Assembly (NCBI GenBank): GCA_964557375.1
Contig: CAZKZZ010000005.1
Location: forward strand, 612-64,611
Reading direction: 5' to 3'
From: an uncultured Spirochaetales bacterium
GTDB lineage: Bacteria > Spirochaetota > Spirochaetia > SPDA01 > CAZJBZ01
Length of the DNA: 64,000 bases
A program made the position numbers and the translations under genes. The notes beneath the pieces are model-generated. The model saw only the letters and a list, made by a program, of their open reading frames with translations. It was not told where the DNA came from and did not search any database. How positions within the stretch are numbered: position 1 is the first letter of the stretch; each line of letters opens with the position of its first letter. Positions 18,271-27,907 of the stretch are shown piece by piece.

Positions 18271-20683
18271 TGTTGCCCTGATTTTGTTCCGGTTCTACAC
18301 CATCTACGATGTCAACGAGTTCATAGATTAGTACCGGTTTATTTTTACCTTTTACGCGAATGTTGTCCAATTCCCGCACTATCACCCGGTCCCGTACCAA
18401 TCCGTAGGTGAACTCACTGATAATGACATTTGTACCGTACTGCTTGTTCGTTCCTTCGAGACGGGCACCGAGGTTTACATTGTCTCCCATCAGCGTATAG
18501 TTCATCCTTCCTAATGAACCCATATTACCGACCGTCATAATTCCTGAGTTCAAACCAATACCAATATTGATTCTCCGTTCGGGGGGCCATTTTTCATTCA
18601 ATTGGTTAAGCGATTCCATTTGCTTGAGTGCGCATTTACAGGCGATAAGAGCATGGTCTTCCTGCGGTATCGGTGCCCCGAAGAACCACATAATCTCATC
18701 ACCGACGTATTTGTCGAGTGTGCCGTTGTATTCGAGGATGATATCGGTCATTGCAGTCAAATATTCATTGAGGTGGTTAACGAGCTCTTGTGGGGTCATG
18801 CTTTCGGACAGGGTGGTGAATCCGCGTATATCCGAGAAACAGACGGTAAGGTCTTTATCGATTCCGCCGAGCTCCGGCGGGTTTTCTAAAATCTGATCGA
18901 CTACCCGGGGGCTGACATATTTTCCGAACATATCCCGTATACGTGCCTTATCACGTTCTTCGGTCATGATCCGGTATACGACAATAGTGAGAAAAGCAAA
19001 GAAGATCCCAATAGCGGGAGAAGAGAAATTGATAATAGAAGCCATCTCATCGAAAACAAGGGTGGCTGTAATGAAAAATGCAAAGATGAGTACAAGAGAG
19101 AGCACGAGAGACCAGATCGTGGACAGTCTCGAGCTTACAAATGAGATGATCATTATCATACCGAATAGAATAAGCAGGTTGATCCACAGCGGCACCGGTG
19201 TGAGGAAATTATTCATTAATATGGTGTTCAATGAGTTTGCATGAATTTCCACACCGTACATCAGGCCGAACGGAGTTGGTTTTTGGTCCGCGGCCATACC
19301 GCGGGCAAATGGACCGACCATAAGTATTTTATTCCCGACAGCCTTTGTCGGAGGCCAGGTGTCCGGGTCCGTTCCCGGAACACGTGCGGCATATCCGGAG
19401 TATGACCGTATTGGAAATGTTTGCGGAGCTCCGGGATCTGCATAAGATGGAGGACCCATGAAATTGATGAGCATGGAGCCGTGTTTATCGATGGGAATCG
19501 TTATCTCTTCGAGCACCTTCGTTTTAGGCGGCGATATCATGTTCCCCTCTTCATCGAATTTCGCCTGCTGTACAGTTATCGCATATGGCACCCATTCCTG
19601 CTTTTCGAGGTCAAAGTATTCGGGTTCCCGAATTGTTATCTGTTTTCCGAATTCTACTTCGACATCCGAGAGTTCTTTATTGAAATACTCGAGTGCTAAA
19701 GAGAGTGTAATTGCCGGTACAAAGTGGTCTTGATATTTACGGATAACGTAGTAAGAATCATCCGGTTTGCCGTCATTATCGGTGTCTACACTTCTCAACG
19801 GTGCTTTCTTTTCCAACTCTGTTTCAAGATCGGCAAGGACCTCCTCCGTTAAAGGAAAGGGAATCGAATGATGCAGTCCGTTTACATCAACCCACTCTAA
19901 GCGCTCGAAGTTTTCGTGATCAACAGGCGGTGCGGAAGCTATGTCTCTAAATCTATAGGCATCTACCAACACTGAAGATTTAGCCACTAAGGCCTGTCTT
20001 CGATATATTTTGTCTTCATCGACTTGAAAATTCGCGTGTCCGTAACCATGCGTTGCTCGGCCATACGGCTGTAAGGGAGGCTGCAGACCGTAGTAGGTGT
20101 GCATATGCTGCCAATCTCCGGTTATGTTTTTTATTTCTCCATAACTTTCGTACAAAGCCTCCTGCCGGGCAAAATATTCTTCGGCAACATTCGAAGGGGG
20201 CGGTACCTCATCTAATACAGTCTCGAGAAATACTCGTTCGTTATTGCGGATACTGTTTACGAGGATAACGTCATCGTAGGCATTTTCATCCGGTTCGATG
20301 AAAAATACGTCGAGGAACAAGGCGCGCTCCCTCTCCTCTTGGTTTCTGATTCGTGCAAATGAATCGATGAGATTGGCATGCCGATATCGAGGAAAGGGCC
20401 ATTTCCCGAATGTGGAGAGCGTACGGAAATCGATTCCGACAATAAGGATATCCTTCGATATATCGGGGTTCCGCTGTTCGACACTGACTCCTTCCTGGAT
20501 AGTGGTCTTCATAAAAACATTCTTGAAGTTAAAATGTATGTCGAGCATTTTGAGTTCAAGGGTTTCTAAAAGAGGCAGATGCATCCCGTATTGAAGAAAG
20601 CCGAATAAAGCAAAAATTATGAGACCGATTATAAAACCAAAATACCGGGTTTCGAAAATTTTGGTTCTTTTCCCTTTTGCCAT
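18239..20683 (-). CDS. CHASE2 sensor domain-containing class III adenylate cyclase
   Basis: An N-terminal TM helix, a large extracytoplasmic CHASE2-like region and a cluster of TM helices precede a CYCc domain. That domain has metal Asp residues (FSDIRGFT, YVGDEIM), the purine-specifying pair Lys (DKYVGD) and Thr (NYTLMGD), and transition-state Asn/Arg (GDNVNLGARLE). Confidence 0.9.
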   Translation of the reverse strand: MAKGKRTKIFETRYFGFIIGLIIFALFGFLQYGMHLPLLETLELKMLDIHFNFKNVFMKTTIQEGVSVEQRNPDISKDILIVGIDFRTLSTFGKWPFPRYRHANLIDSFARIRNQEERERALFLDVFFIEPDENAYDDVILVNSIRNNERVFLETVLDEVPPPSNVAEEYFARQEALYESYGEIKNITGDWQHMHTYYGLQPPLQPYGRATHGYGHANFQVDEDKIYRRQALVAKSSVLVDAYRFRDIASAPPVDHENFERLEWVDVNGLHHSIPFPLTEEVLADLETELEKKAPLRSVDTDNDGKPDDSYYVIRKYQDHFVPAITLSLALEYFNKELSDVEVEFGKQITIREPEYFDLEKQEWVPYAITVQQAKFDEEGNMISPPKTKVLEEITIPIDKHGSMLINFMGPPSYADPGAPQTFPIRSYSGYAARVPGTDPDTWPPTKAVGNKILMVGPFARGMAADQKPTPFGLMYGVEIHANSLNTILMNNFLTPVPLWINLLILFGMIMIISFVSSRLSTIWSLVLSLVLIFAFFITATLVFDEMASIINFSSPAIGIFFAFLTIVVYRIMTEERDKARIRDMFGKYVSPRVVDQILENPPELGGIDKDLTVCFSDIRGFTTLSESMTPQELVNHLNEYLTAMTDIILEYNGTLDKYVGDEIMWFFGAPIPQEDHALIACKCALKQMESLNQLNEKWPPERRINIGIGLNSGIMTVGNMGSLGRMNYTLMGDNVNLGARLEGTNKQYGTNVIISEFTYGLVRDRVIVRELDNIRVKGKNKPVLIYELVDIVDGVEPEQNQGNNGKSGTSGGS

Positions 20684-20734
20684 ATAATCTCTCCAGCTAA
20701 TATTTTTCGGCAGGAATGTCGAACTATCTGATTG

Positions 20735-21430
20735 CTATATCTTGCCGTCTACTTTCATCTTGATTATACGGTTTCTTGCTAATTTTGTCCAATTACTTGA
20801 TGAAAAATTATCCTCTAAGTCTTCGTACACTTCTTGAGCGGAAGTGTAATCATCCTGCTGTTCGTGCAGCCTTCCTAAAGAGAACAGTACTTCGGGAATT
20901 CCCGCGAAATCGTCTCGATATTCATCGCTGATTCTTTGGTAAAACTCGACCGCTTTGGCCGTATCTCCGTCCTCTTCGAGTGCGACTGCGGCATTTACCA
21001 GAGAAATTGGAGCAAGGTAGCTCTGCGGAAACGTATCTGCCAACAGAACGAACTCATCGACAGATTCTACCCACATCTCTTTTTCAAAAAAGAGGTTTCC
21101 CCGAATAAAACGGGCCCGTTGCGCCGCGTAGAGCCGTGGATATGTGTTGATGATATTTTCTGTTTCATCGAGAATGAAATCTTCGAGTGCCTGTTTTTGT
21201 TCTTCAGATTCTTCAATGACCCAGCTGTCAAAATCCTTTTGGACCTGTTCGACCATATAGGTCGAATCGCCCAACCGTTTGCCGACAATTTCTGACACGA
21301 CTGCAAACGTAATGACTCCTACCACGATTGCAATTAATAAAACGAGTAGGAGAATCCTGTTATGCTGTATAAAGTTGGAAAGCTGGTTTAAAATTTTCTG
21401 TTTTGGTGTTTCCTCTTGTGGTTTGTGCAT
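20735..21430 (-). CDS. YfgM-like membrane-anchored TPR protein
   Basis: Short cytoplasmic N-terminus, one TM helix (ILLLVLLIAIVVGVITFAVV), then about 180 aa of TPR-like helical repeats. Architecture and size resemble YfgM/UPF0070. Confidence 0.55.
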   Translation of the reverse strand: MHKPQEETPKQKILNQLSNFIQHNRILLLVLLIAIVVGVITFAVVSEIVGKRLGDSTYMVEQVQKDFDSWVIEESEEQKQALEDFILDETENIINTYPRLYAAQRARFIRGNLFFEKEMWVESVDEFVLLADTFPQSYLAPISLVNAAVALEEDGDTAKAVEFYQRISDEYRDDFAGIPEVLFSLGRLHEQQDDYTSAQEVYEDLEDNFSSSNWTKLARNRIIKMKVDGKI

Positions 21431-21443
21431 TTCGTAATAACCT

Positions 21444-22952
21444 CTATCTGTTGATTTCTAGTTCTTTGATAAGTCTCGAAAGATATGTCCTTTGAATGTG
21501 AAGCGCCTTTGCAGCGTCTTTCTGTTTCCAATTGTATCGTTCAAGGGTGGAGCGAATAAAGTGCCGTTTAAAAACATTCACAGCGTCCTTTAAGTTCTTT
21601 CCTTCATACTGATTGAGAGTTTCCTGTTTCGTGGAATTGAGGATGAGATCGGCAGGGCGAATGTACTTTTCATGGGTAATTACTGCCGCCCGTTCTATTA
21701 CATTCTCCAATTCCCTGACGTTCCCCGGCCAGTGATAAGAAAAAAGAGCATCCATCGCTTCTGTGGTAAAACCCTCTATCTGTTTTTTGATTTCGTGATT
21801 ATACCGTTTAAGGAAGTAATCGGCAAGTTCCGGTATATCTTCTGTCCTCTCACGAAGCGGCGGAATAAAGAGCGGTAGCACGTTGAGCCGGTAGTAGAGG
21901 TCCTGCCTAAACTTCCCCTCTTCCATCGCCTTATCAATATCTTTATTAGTCGCGGCAATGATCCGTACATCAACCTTGATCGGTTCACTCGAGCCGACTT
22001 TCTCGAATACCTTCTGTTCTATGACCCGGAGTAATTTGGCCTGCAGTTCGAAAGGGAAATCCCCAATTTCATCCAGAAAAATGGTGCCCCCGTCAGCGAG
22101 TTCGAACCGCCCCCGCCGGTCTTTCGATGCATCGGTAAACGCACCCTTTACATGTCCGAATAATTCACTCTCGAGGAGATGTTCAGGGAGTGCGGCGCAG
22201 TTCACCCTGATAAACGGATTGTCCTTCCGCGCACTTCTCAGATGGATCTGTTCGGCGAAAAGTTCCTTCCCTACTCCGCTTTCTCCTAAGATGAGAACGG
22301 GTGAGTTGGTCGATGCAATTCGATTAGTCAATTCCAGTTTTTCTTTGATTATGGGGCTTTTCCCGATAAACGTATGGTAGCCTTTGTTCGTTTGTACTTG
22401 GTCCTGGAGCAGATACACCTCTTCCTGCACTTTTTGATACGATTGTGCGTTTTGAATCGCGAGTGCGGATTGATTCGCGAAGATTTCCAGCCATTTCAAA
22501 TCTTCTGAAGTAAAGGGGCGGGCACCCTTTTTGTTGATAATTTCGATTACGCCGACACATCGGTTTATAATTCTCATCGGTACGGCAAGGATGGAGGTTG
22601 TTTTATAGCCGATCTGCCTACTGATGTCCGAATAAAACCGGCTATCGGATTCAACGTCGTTTACGATGAGCGATGTGTTGTGCTCCGCGACCCATCCCGC
22701 TATACCCTCTCCTATATTCAGTGAAAACCGTTTTACATCGGGTCCTTTCGTTCCCAACGCAATTTCAAAGTAGAGTTTGTGGTTTTCAGGATTCAAAAGA
22801 AGCAGAGATGAGGCTTCTCCTTCCGTAAGTTGGGTCGCACTCTCTAAAATACGAGTTAGGAGAAGTCTTGGGTCTTCATAATATGAGTTGATTTGGGTAT
22901 TGATCTCAATGAGCGTTTCAAGCCGCTTCGAATCTTGCTCGGTTGCCACCAT
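21444..22952 (-). CDS. sigma-54-dependent transcriptional activator with N-terminal GAF domain (no receiver domain)
   Basis: GAF-like N-terminus and an AAA+ core (Walker A GESGVGKE, Walker B IFLDEIGD, RIIAATN, loop GAFTDA in place of GAFTGA). C-terminal Fis-type HTH (AAKALHIQRTYLSRLIKEL). Confidence 0.9.
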   Translation of the reverse strand: MVATEQDSKRLETLIEINTQINSYYEDPRLLLTRILESATQLTEGEASSLLLLNPENHKLYFEIALGTKGPDVKRFSLNIGEGIAGWVAEHNTSLIVNDVESDSRFYSDISRQIGYKTTSILAVPMRIINRCVGVIEIINKKGARPFTSEDLKWLEIFANQSALAIQNAQSYQKVQEEVYLLQDQVQTNKGYHTFIGKSPIIKEKLELTNRIASTNSPVLILGESGVGKELFAEQIHLRSARKDNPFIRVNCAALPEHLLESELFGHVKGAFTDASKDRRGRFELADGGTIFLDEIGDFPFELQAKLLRVIEQKVFEKVGSSEPIKVDVRIIAATNKDIDKAMEEGKFRQDLYYRLNVLPLFIPPLRERTEDIPELADYFLKRYNHEIKKQIEGFTTEAMDALFSYHWPGNVRELENVIERAAVITHEKYIRPADLILNSTKQETLNQYEGKNLKDAVNVFKRHFIRSTLERYNWKQKDAAKALHIQRTYLSRLIKELEINR

Positions 22953-22974
22953 ATCTTCATGATTTCGTCAAACG

Positions 22975-24696
22975 TTATTCTTCTTCTTCAGTAGCCGTGT
23001 CTTTGTTTTTTAACAGATCGCCGACCGTTACGGTATTCTCTTCTTCTTCATTATGAATGTATTTGGAAAGTTCTTCCCGCTGCATCTTTTTATGATAATC
23101 TTTTATGGAAAGTGAGAGTTTCTGCTGAATAGGCTGCACTTCAGTAACGAGCGCACTTACCGTATCTCCGACATTGTATTTATCGAGCGGGTTTTCATCC
23201 TCATTTTGATCGATTACATTCATGCTGAGATTGTTCTTATGAATCAGTCCTTCGATATCATCCTGGACCCGTACGAACAGTCCGAAGTCTGTTTTCGAAG
23301 TGATAACCCCCTCGATAATGCTGCCCGGGCCGTATATTCGGGCCAGTTTCTGCCAGGGATTATCAGAGAGCTGCTTCATCCCCAGTCTTATTCTGCGGTT
23401 CTCCTTATCGAGTCCGATAATGACGAAATCAGCCTCTTCATCTTCTGTAAGTACGGCTGAAGGATTTTTGTATTTTTTCGTCCAGGAGAGATCGTCCACA
23501 TGAATAAACCCGTCGATACCTTCTTCCAGCTCGACGAAGGCACCGGAATTCGTGATCTTGACCACTTTCCGCCGGACCTCTTTGCCCACCGGATATTTTT
23601 CATCGATTGTGTCCCACGGGTTGGGATATACCTGTTTTATACCGAGAGAGACCCGGCCCTTTTGAAGGTCGTAGGAGAGAATCTTGACTTCGACTTCATC
23701 ACCCGGACTGAGTACTTCTTTCGGATGTTTTATGCGTTTTACCCATGACAGCTCCGAAACATGAACCAGCCCTTCGATACCTTCTTCCAGTTCTACGAAT
23801 GCGCCGAAATCGGTCAGTTTGGTCACCTGACCCTTGACTATGTCGCCCTCCTGATATTTTTGCTCGAAACTCATCCAGGGATCTTGAGTGAAGTGTTTGA
23901 GAGACAGATTTATCTTATTTTCCTCCGGATCGAGCCGTATTACTTTCAGTTTTATGTTCTGGTTCTTTTTGACAAAGTCTTTCGGCCGGGTAACATGCCC
24001 CCAGCTCATATCGTTTATATGGAGAAGTCCGTCGAACCCACCTAAATCAATGAAAGCACCGAATGAAGTAAAACTCTTAACGGTTCCTTCTACCTCGTCT
24101 CCGATTTTTACTGTATTGAAAAACTCTTCTCGCTTTCGTTCAAGTTCTTTCTCGAGCCAGTCTCGCCGGGAGAGGACAATCTTGATTTTGTTATTGCTGA
24201 AGAGCCTCTCGATAAGAAACTTCGATTTTACACCCACTAGGCTCTCAGGGTCCTCGACCCTGGCGATATCTGCTTTCGACATAGGGCAGAAACCCTTTAT
24301 ATCATAACCGAGATCTACTTCGTAGCCTCCTTTGATACTTTTGAAAAACGTACCGTCTACCGGCTCACCGTTTTCCGAGGCGTCGCGAAGGTTCTTCCAG
24401 AACAGTTTTACATCGGCTTTTCGTTTTGAAACGATAACTTGACCGTGTGAACCCTCTTTGCTTATAAGCATAACTTCGACCGTATCACCCTTCTCGGGCA
24501 GTTCGTCGAACTCTTCGGTGGGTATTTTACCTTCTGATTTGTACCCTATATCGATAAATACATTTTCTTGATTTTTTTCTACAACAGTACCATCAATGAG
24601 TTGTCCTTCTTCTAATTGATCGAGAGATTTCAGGTATTCTTCCTGGAGTTTTTTCTGATCAATATCTTCGTGTACTGTGTTCTCCTGATCTGCCAT
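22975..24696 (-). CDS. rpsA: 30S ribosomal protein S1
   Basis: Six tandem S1/OB repeats (recurrent G.V....FGAFV.L..GI.GL.H.S..S). Confidence 0.95.
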   Translation of the reverse strand: MADQENTVHEDIDQKKLQEEYLKSLDQLEEGQLIDGTVVEKNQENVFIDIGYKSEGKIPTEEFDELPEKGDTVEVMLISKEGSHGQVIVSKRKADVKLFWKNLRDASENGEPVDGTFFKSIKGGYEVDLGYDIKGFCPMSKADIARVEDPESLVGVKSKFLIERLFSNNKIKIVLSRRDWLEKELERKREEFFNTVKIGDEVEGTVKSFTSFGAFIDLGGFDGLLHINDMSWGHVTRPKDFVKKNQNIKLKVIRLDPEENKINLSLKHFTQDPWMSFEQKYQEGDIVKGQVTKLTDFGAFVELEEGIEGLVHVSELSWVKRIKHPKEVLSPGDEVEVKILSYDLQKGRVSLGIKQVYPNPWDTIDEKYPVGKEVRRKVVKITNSGAFVELEEGIDGFIHVDDLSWTKKYKNPSAVLTEDEEADFVIIGLDKENRRIRLGMKQLSDNPWQKLARIYGPGSIIEGVITSKTDFGLFVRVQDDIEGLIHKNNLSMNVIDQNEDENPLDKYNVGDTVSALVTEVQPIQQKLSLSIKDYHKKMQREELSKYIHNEEEENTVTVGDLLKNKDTATEEEE

Positions 24697-24716
24697 TACT
24701 TTTTTTGTCCTCTATT

Positions 24717-25373
24717 TTACCGTTCTAGTTTCTTTTCATTTCTGATTTTATCTACAACTTTGTCACAAACTTGATCTATGGTCAAGTCCGAAGTATCCAA
24801 ATAGAAAGCATCCGGGGCGATTGTCAAAGAACCGAACGGCTTATTTTTGTCGATTTTGTCCCTTTTTTTTATATTTTCCACTATTTCTTGGTATGAAAGT
24901 TTACTCGTTCCCTGACCGAACCTTCTTTTTGCTCTCACTTCGGGTGTTGCATCGAGGTACACTTTAAGGTCAGCATCAGGAAAAACCACAGTAGTGATAT
25001 CCCGGCCTTCGGCCACCACATCGATGTCTTTTGAAACCTCTCTCAATTTCTTGTTTACAACATGACGGACAGCAACGATAGCGGAATGCTCCGCGACCCA
25101 TCGATCGACAGCGTCCGTGTGAAGTTCATCTTCGATATCAACGCCGTTTAGGTGCATTCTCCCGTTATCGAGTGAAAGGGAGCACTTTTTCGCCTCATCT
25201 ATTATTTTTGTTTCGTCTAAAGGGTCGACTCCGTTCTGCAGTGCGGAAAATGTAATTGCCCGATAAAAGTTGCCGGAATTGAGGTAAAACATACAGGACT
25301 GCTCCGCAATCTTTTTAGCAATCGTGCTTTTTCCCGCTCCTGCAGGACCGTCAATCGCTACGACCATGCACAT
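24717..25373 (-). CDS. cmk: cytidylate kinase
   Basis: P-loop AIDGPAGAGKST plus NMP-binding and lid motifs (SGNFYR, GRDITTVVFPDA, RRF). The start could be ATG 25367 instead. Confidence 0.92.
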   Translation of the reverse strand: MCMVVAIDGPAGAGKSTIAKKIAEQSCMFYLNSGNFYRAITFSALQNGVDPLDETKIIDEAKKCSLSLDNGRMHLNGVDIEDELHTDAVDRWVAEHSAIVAVRHVVNKKLREVSKDIDVVAEGRDITTVVFPDADLKVYLDATPEVRAKRRFGQGTSKLSYQEIVENIKKRDKIDKNKPFGSLTIAPDAFYLDTSDLTIDQVCDKVVDKIRNEKKLER

Positions 25374-26119
25374 AACTCCATAACGGCTGTAATTTCTTCG
25401 TCAGTGAGGGATCGGTATGATCCGGGAGGAATCCCCTCGATTGTAACCGGGCCTATTCTTGTTCGATGAATCGCCGTTACCAGGATTCCGGCCGATTGAA
25501 ACAGCTTACGAATTTCACGGTTCCTCCCCTCATTGAGAGTAACCACGGCTTTTCTCGGCGTTTCCAGCCGATACTGTTTAATACGGTGCAGGACCCCTTC
25601 GATTTGTATCCCCCGCTTGAACTGTGTAAGCAATTGTTTCGAGATTTCTTCTCGTGTCTCTACGATATATTCTTTTTCTATCTCCCATGACGGATGAGAG
25701 ACAATCTTGGCAAATTCTCCGTCATTTGTAAAGAAGATAAGCCCGGAAGAATCCAAATCGAGTCTTCCCACGTGGAACAGACGATAATTATCGGCTTCTT
25801 TTATAAGGTCGAGTGCTAAGGGACGGCCAAACGGGTCCGAGTTAGCGCAAATATACCCGCGCGGTTTGTGCAGTGCTAAATATACATTTTCCCGTTCCGG
25901 TTCGACTATTGTATCGTCGAATTGAATCGTATCGTGCGCGGAACAGGTTTCTCCGAGTTTTGTTACAGTCTTCCCGTTTTTTTTCACCCTCCCTTCGGTT
26001 ATATACTGTTCACATTTTCTCCGCGAAGCAATGCCGCAGCGGGCCAGATATACATGAATGCGGACCGGCTTTTTTGAGGAATTACCCTTCAAGTTCGAAC
26101 CGTTCCTGTTCGAGATCAT
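25358..26119 (-). CDS. rluB: 23S rRNA pseudouridine synthase, RluB/RsuA family
   Basis: S4 domain (RIHVYLARCGIASRRKCEQYITEGRVKKNG) and catalytic motif HVGRLDLDSSGL. Track start 26140 is a TTG; ATG 26119 is chosen here, and TTG 26092 is also possible. Confidence 0.85.
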   Translation of the reverse strand: MISNRNGSNLKGNSSKKPVRIHVYLARCGIASRRKCEQYITEGRVKKNGKTVTKLGETCSAHDTIQFDDTIVEPERENVYLALHKPRGYICANSDPFGRPLALDLIKEADNYRLFHVGRLDLDSSGLIFFTNDGEFAKIVSHPSWEIEKEYIVETREEISKQLLTQFKRGIQIEGVLHRIKQYRLETPRKAVVTLNEGRNREIRKLFQSAGILVTAIHRTRIGPVTIEGIPPGSYRSLTDEEITAVMELCAWS

Positions 26120-26633
26120 CGAGTTTCGGCAGATCGGCAATGCTCTTGAGCCGAAAGGTTTTCAGGAACTCTTTCGTCGTCCCGTACTGGATTGGTTTGC
26201 CGGGAGCATCCTTTTTTCCGGTCTCTTTGATGAGATTTTTTGCAAAAAGCAGTCTGATCATCCCGTCCGCGGATACCCCTCGGATAACCTCTATTTCACT
26301 TTTTGTAATCGGCTGCGAATACGCGATGATCGAAAGTGTTTCAAGAGCAGCTTTCGACAGTTTGGTCTCGTTTTTTTTACCGTAGCGGGATTTCAGGTAG
26401 TCCCATAACTCTTTTTTCGGAGATAAGAGAAACCCTTCTCCGATTTCGATTATTTCGAGACCGTGATAATCATGATTGTACTCCTCCTGGAGCAGAGAAA
26501 CCGCCTCGAGTGCTGCGTCTTTGGAAAGCCCGCTTATTGAAGCAAGAGAGTTCAGCGGGAGCGGTTCGACTTCGAGGAAGAGAATTGCTTCTACGAGTGC
26601 GACATCTTTATTCAGTTTGGGAGGGTTTTCCAT
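26082..26633 (-). CDS. scpB: segregation and condensation protein B
   Basis: Two winged-helix ScpB repeats (EAILF...PL, ALETLSIIAYSQPITKSEIEVIRGV). Lies downstream of scpA. Confidence 0.88.
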   Translation of the reverse strand: MENPPKLNKDVALVEAILFLEVEPLPLNSLASISGLSKDAALEAVSLLQEEYNHDYHGLEIIEIGEGFLLSPKKELWDYLKSRYGKKNETKLSKAALETLSIIAYSQPITKSEIEVIRGVSADGMIRLLFAKNLIKETGKKDAPGKPIQYGTTKEFLKTFRLKSIADLPKLDDLEQERFELEG

Positions 26634-27354
26634 AGTTCGTTATCCGGATGTCTCCAAACATTTTATTTTGTAATATTATGATTTTTCTTATTTTGACCGC
26701 TTCGAGTATCGCAAGGAAAGAACAGACGATTTCGAGAATAGATTTACTGTTTACGATTAAATCAGTAAAGAGAAACTCATGTTTTGTGTCGAGATACTCG
26801 TAAATAAGACTCAGCTTTTCATTGATCGTAACCTCTTCATAGAGATCGATTATTCGCTCAGAGGATATCGAAGAGACGATAGAGGAGAAGGTTCGAAGCA
26901 GGTCCCACACATCGATTTCTTCCCACAGCCCATCGTCGTCCAAAAAAGGAAGATTGATTTGCTTTCGCTTGCGTTCGATCATCCACTCCGATTCTCTCTC
27001 TTTTTCTTCCATCAGCTTAGAGATCTCTTTGAACTTCTGGTATTCGATCAATTTTTCGACCAGTTCCTGTCTCGGGTCATCGAACTCTTCATCAAAATCG
27101 ACTTCTTCGGGAAGAAGCATACGGGATTTTATGTAGAGCAGGGTAGCAGCCATAACGTAGAACTCGGTTATGTTGTCGAGATCCACCTTGGTGGAATACT
27201 CCAGATATGAGAGATACTGTTCGGTGATATGGGCAATCGGGATATCGTATATATTGACCTCGGATTTTTTAATGAGAAAGAGCAGCAGATCGAGCGGACC
27301 TTCGAAATCTCCTAAATGGTAGATATGGTCTTGTTTGTTTGTTCCATTATTCAC
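26608..27354 (-). CDS. scpA: segregation and condensation protein A (kleisin)
   Basis: ScpA signature FEGPLDLLLFLIKKSEVNIYDIPIAHIT. ORF-track ATG 27444 would overlap folK by 89 nt. An in-frame GTG at 27354 sits 1 nt after the folK stop, so that start is preferred, though it remains uncertain. Confidence 0.82.
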   Translation of the reverse strand: MNNGTNKQDHIYHLGDFEGPLDLLLFLIKKSEVNIYDIPIAHITEQYLSYLEYSTKVDLDNITEFYVMAATLLYIKSRMLLPEEVDFDEEFDDPRQELVEKLIEYQKFKEISKLMEEKERESEWMIERKRKQINLPFLDDDGLWEEIDVWDLLRTFSSIVSSISSERIIDLYEEVTINEKLSLIYEYLDTKHEFLFTDLIVNSKSILEIVCSFLAILEAVKIRKIIILQNKMFGDIRITNYGKPSQTE

Positions 27355-27355
27355 A

Positions 27356-27901
27356 TTAGTTGTCGGCGTCAACGTCTCCCTCTGCTTGATCACTATATCT
27401 TTTGCGAGAGTAGAAGTAAATACCCTGTTCCCCGAGCGTGTCAAGGGCCTTTTTAAAGGGTTCTCCGGTCTCAGGATGCAGAATGTCCGGAGAGAGTTCT
27501 ACGAGCGGGACTAACACGAATTTTCGTTCCATCATCCGCGGATGCGGTATAATGAGATTCTCGGCTTTGATTAGCCGCGAGCAGAACAGAAGAATATCGA
27601 TATCGATAGTCCGCGGACCCCACCTTAACTCTTTTGAGCGGTCTCTTCCCAACGCTTTTTCGACATCATGGATTTCTTCGAGCAGTTCAAAACAGCCGAG
27701 TGTAGTACTGCCTTTAAAAACGGTATTCAAAAAGGCGGGTTGATCAACCTTTCCTACCGGCTCTGTTTCGTAGAGAGATGCTGTATCCAGCAGAACGATA
27801 TTAGGTTTTCCATCGAGTAGATGAAACGCGTTCTCGATGTTTTTTTCGCGGTCACCGAGGTTCGACCCAATACCGAGGTGAAAGATACAGCTTTCAGTCA
27901 T
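27356..27901 (-). CDS. folK: 2-amino-4-hydroxy-6-hydroxymethyldihydropterin pyrophosphokinase
   Basis: HPPK motifs (LGIGSNLGDR, RWGPRTIDIDILL, IPHPRM). Confidence 0.9.
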   Translation of the reverse strand: MTESCIFHLGIGSNLGDREKNIENAFHLLDGKPNIVLLDTASLYETEPVGKVDQPAFLNTVFKGSTTLGCFELLEEIHDVEKALGRDRSKELRWGPRTIDIDILLFCSRLIKAENLIIPHPRMMERKFVLVPLVELSPDILHPETGEPFKKALDTLGEQGIYFYSRKRYSDQAEGDVDADN

Positions 27902-27907
27902 ACACCG

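Noticed and set aside
19586-19602. TGGCAC-N..-CTGC, resembling a sigma-54 -24/-12 promoter.
   Set aside because: The GG-to-GC spacing is off by one. The -12 element is CTGC rather than TTGC. It is on the strand antisense to the cyclase coding sequence, with nothing downstream to transcribe.
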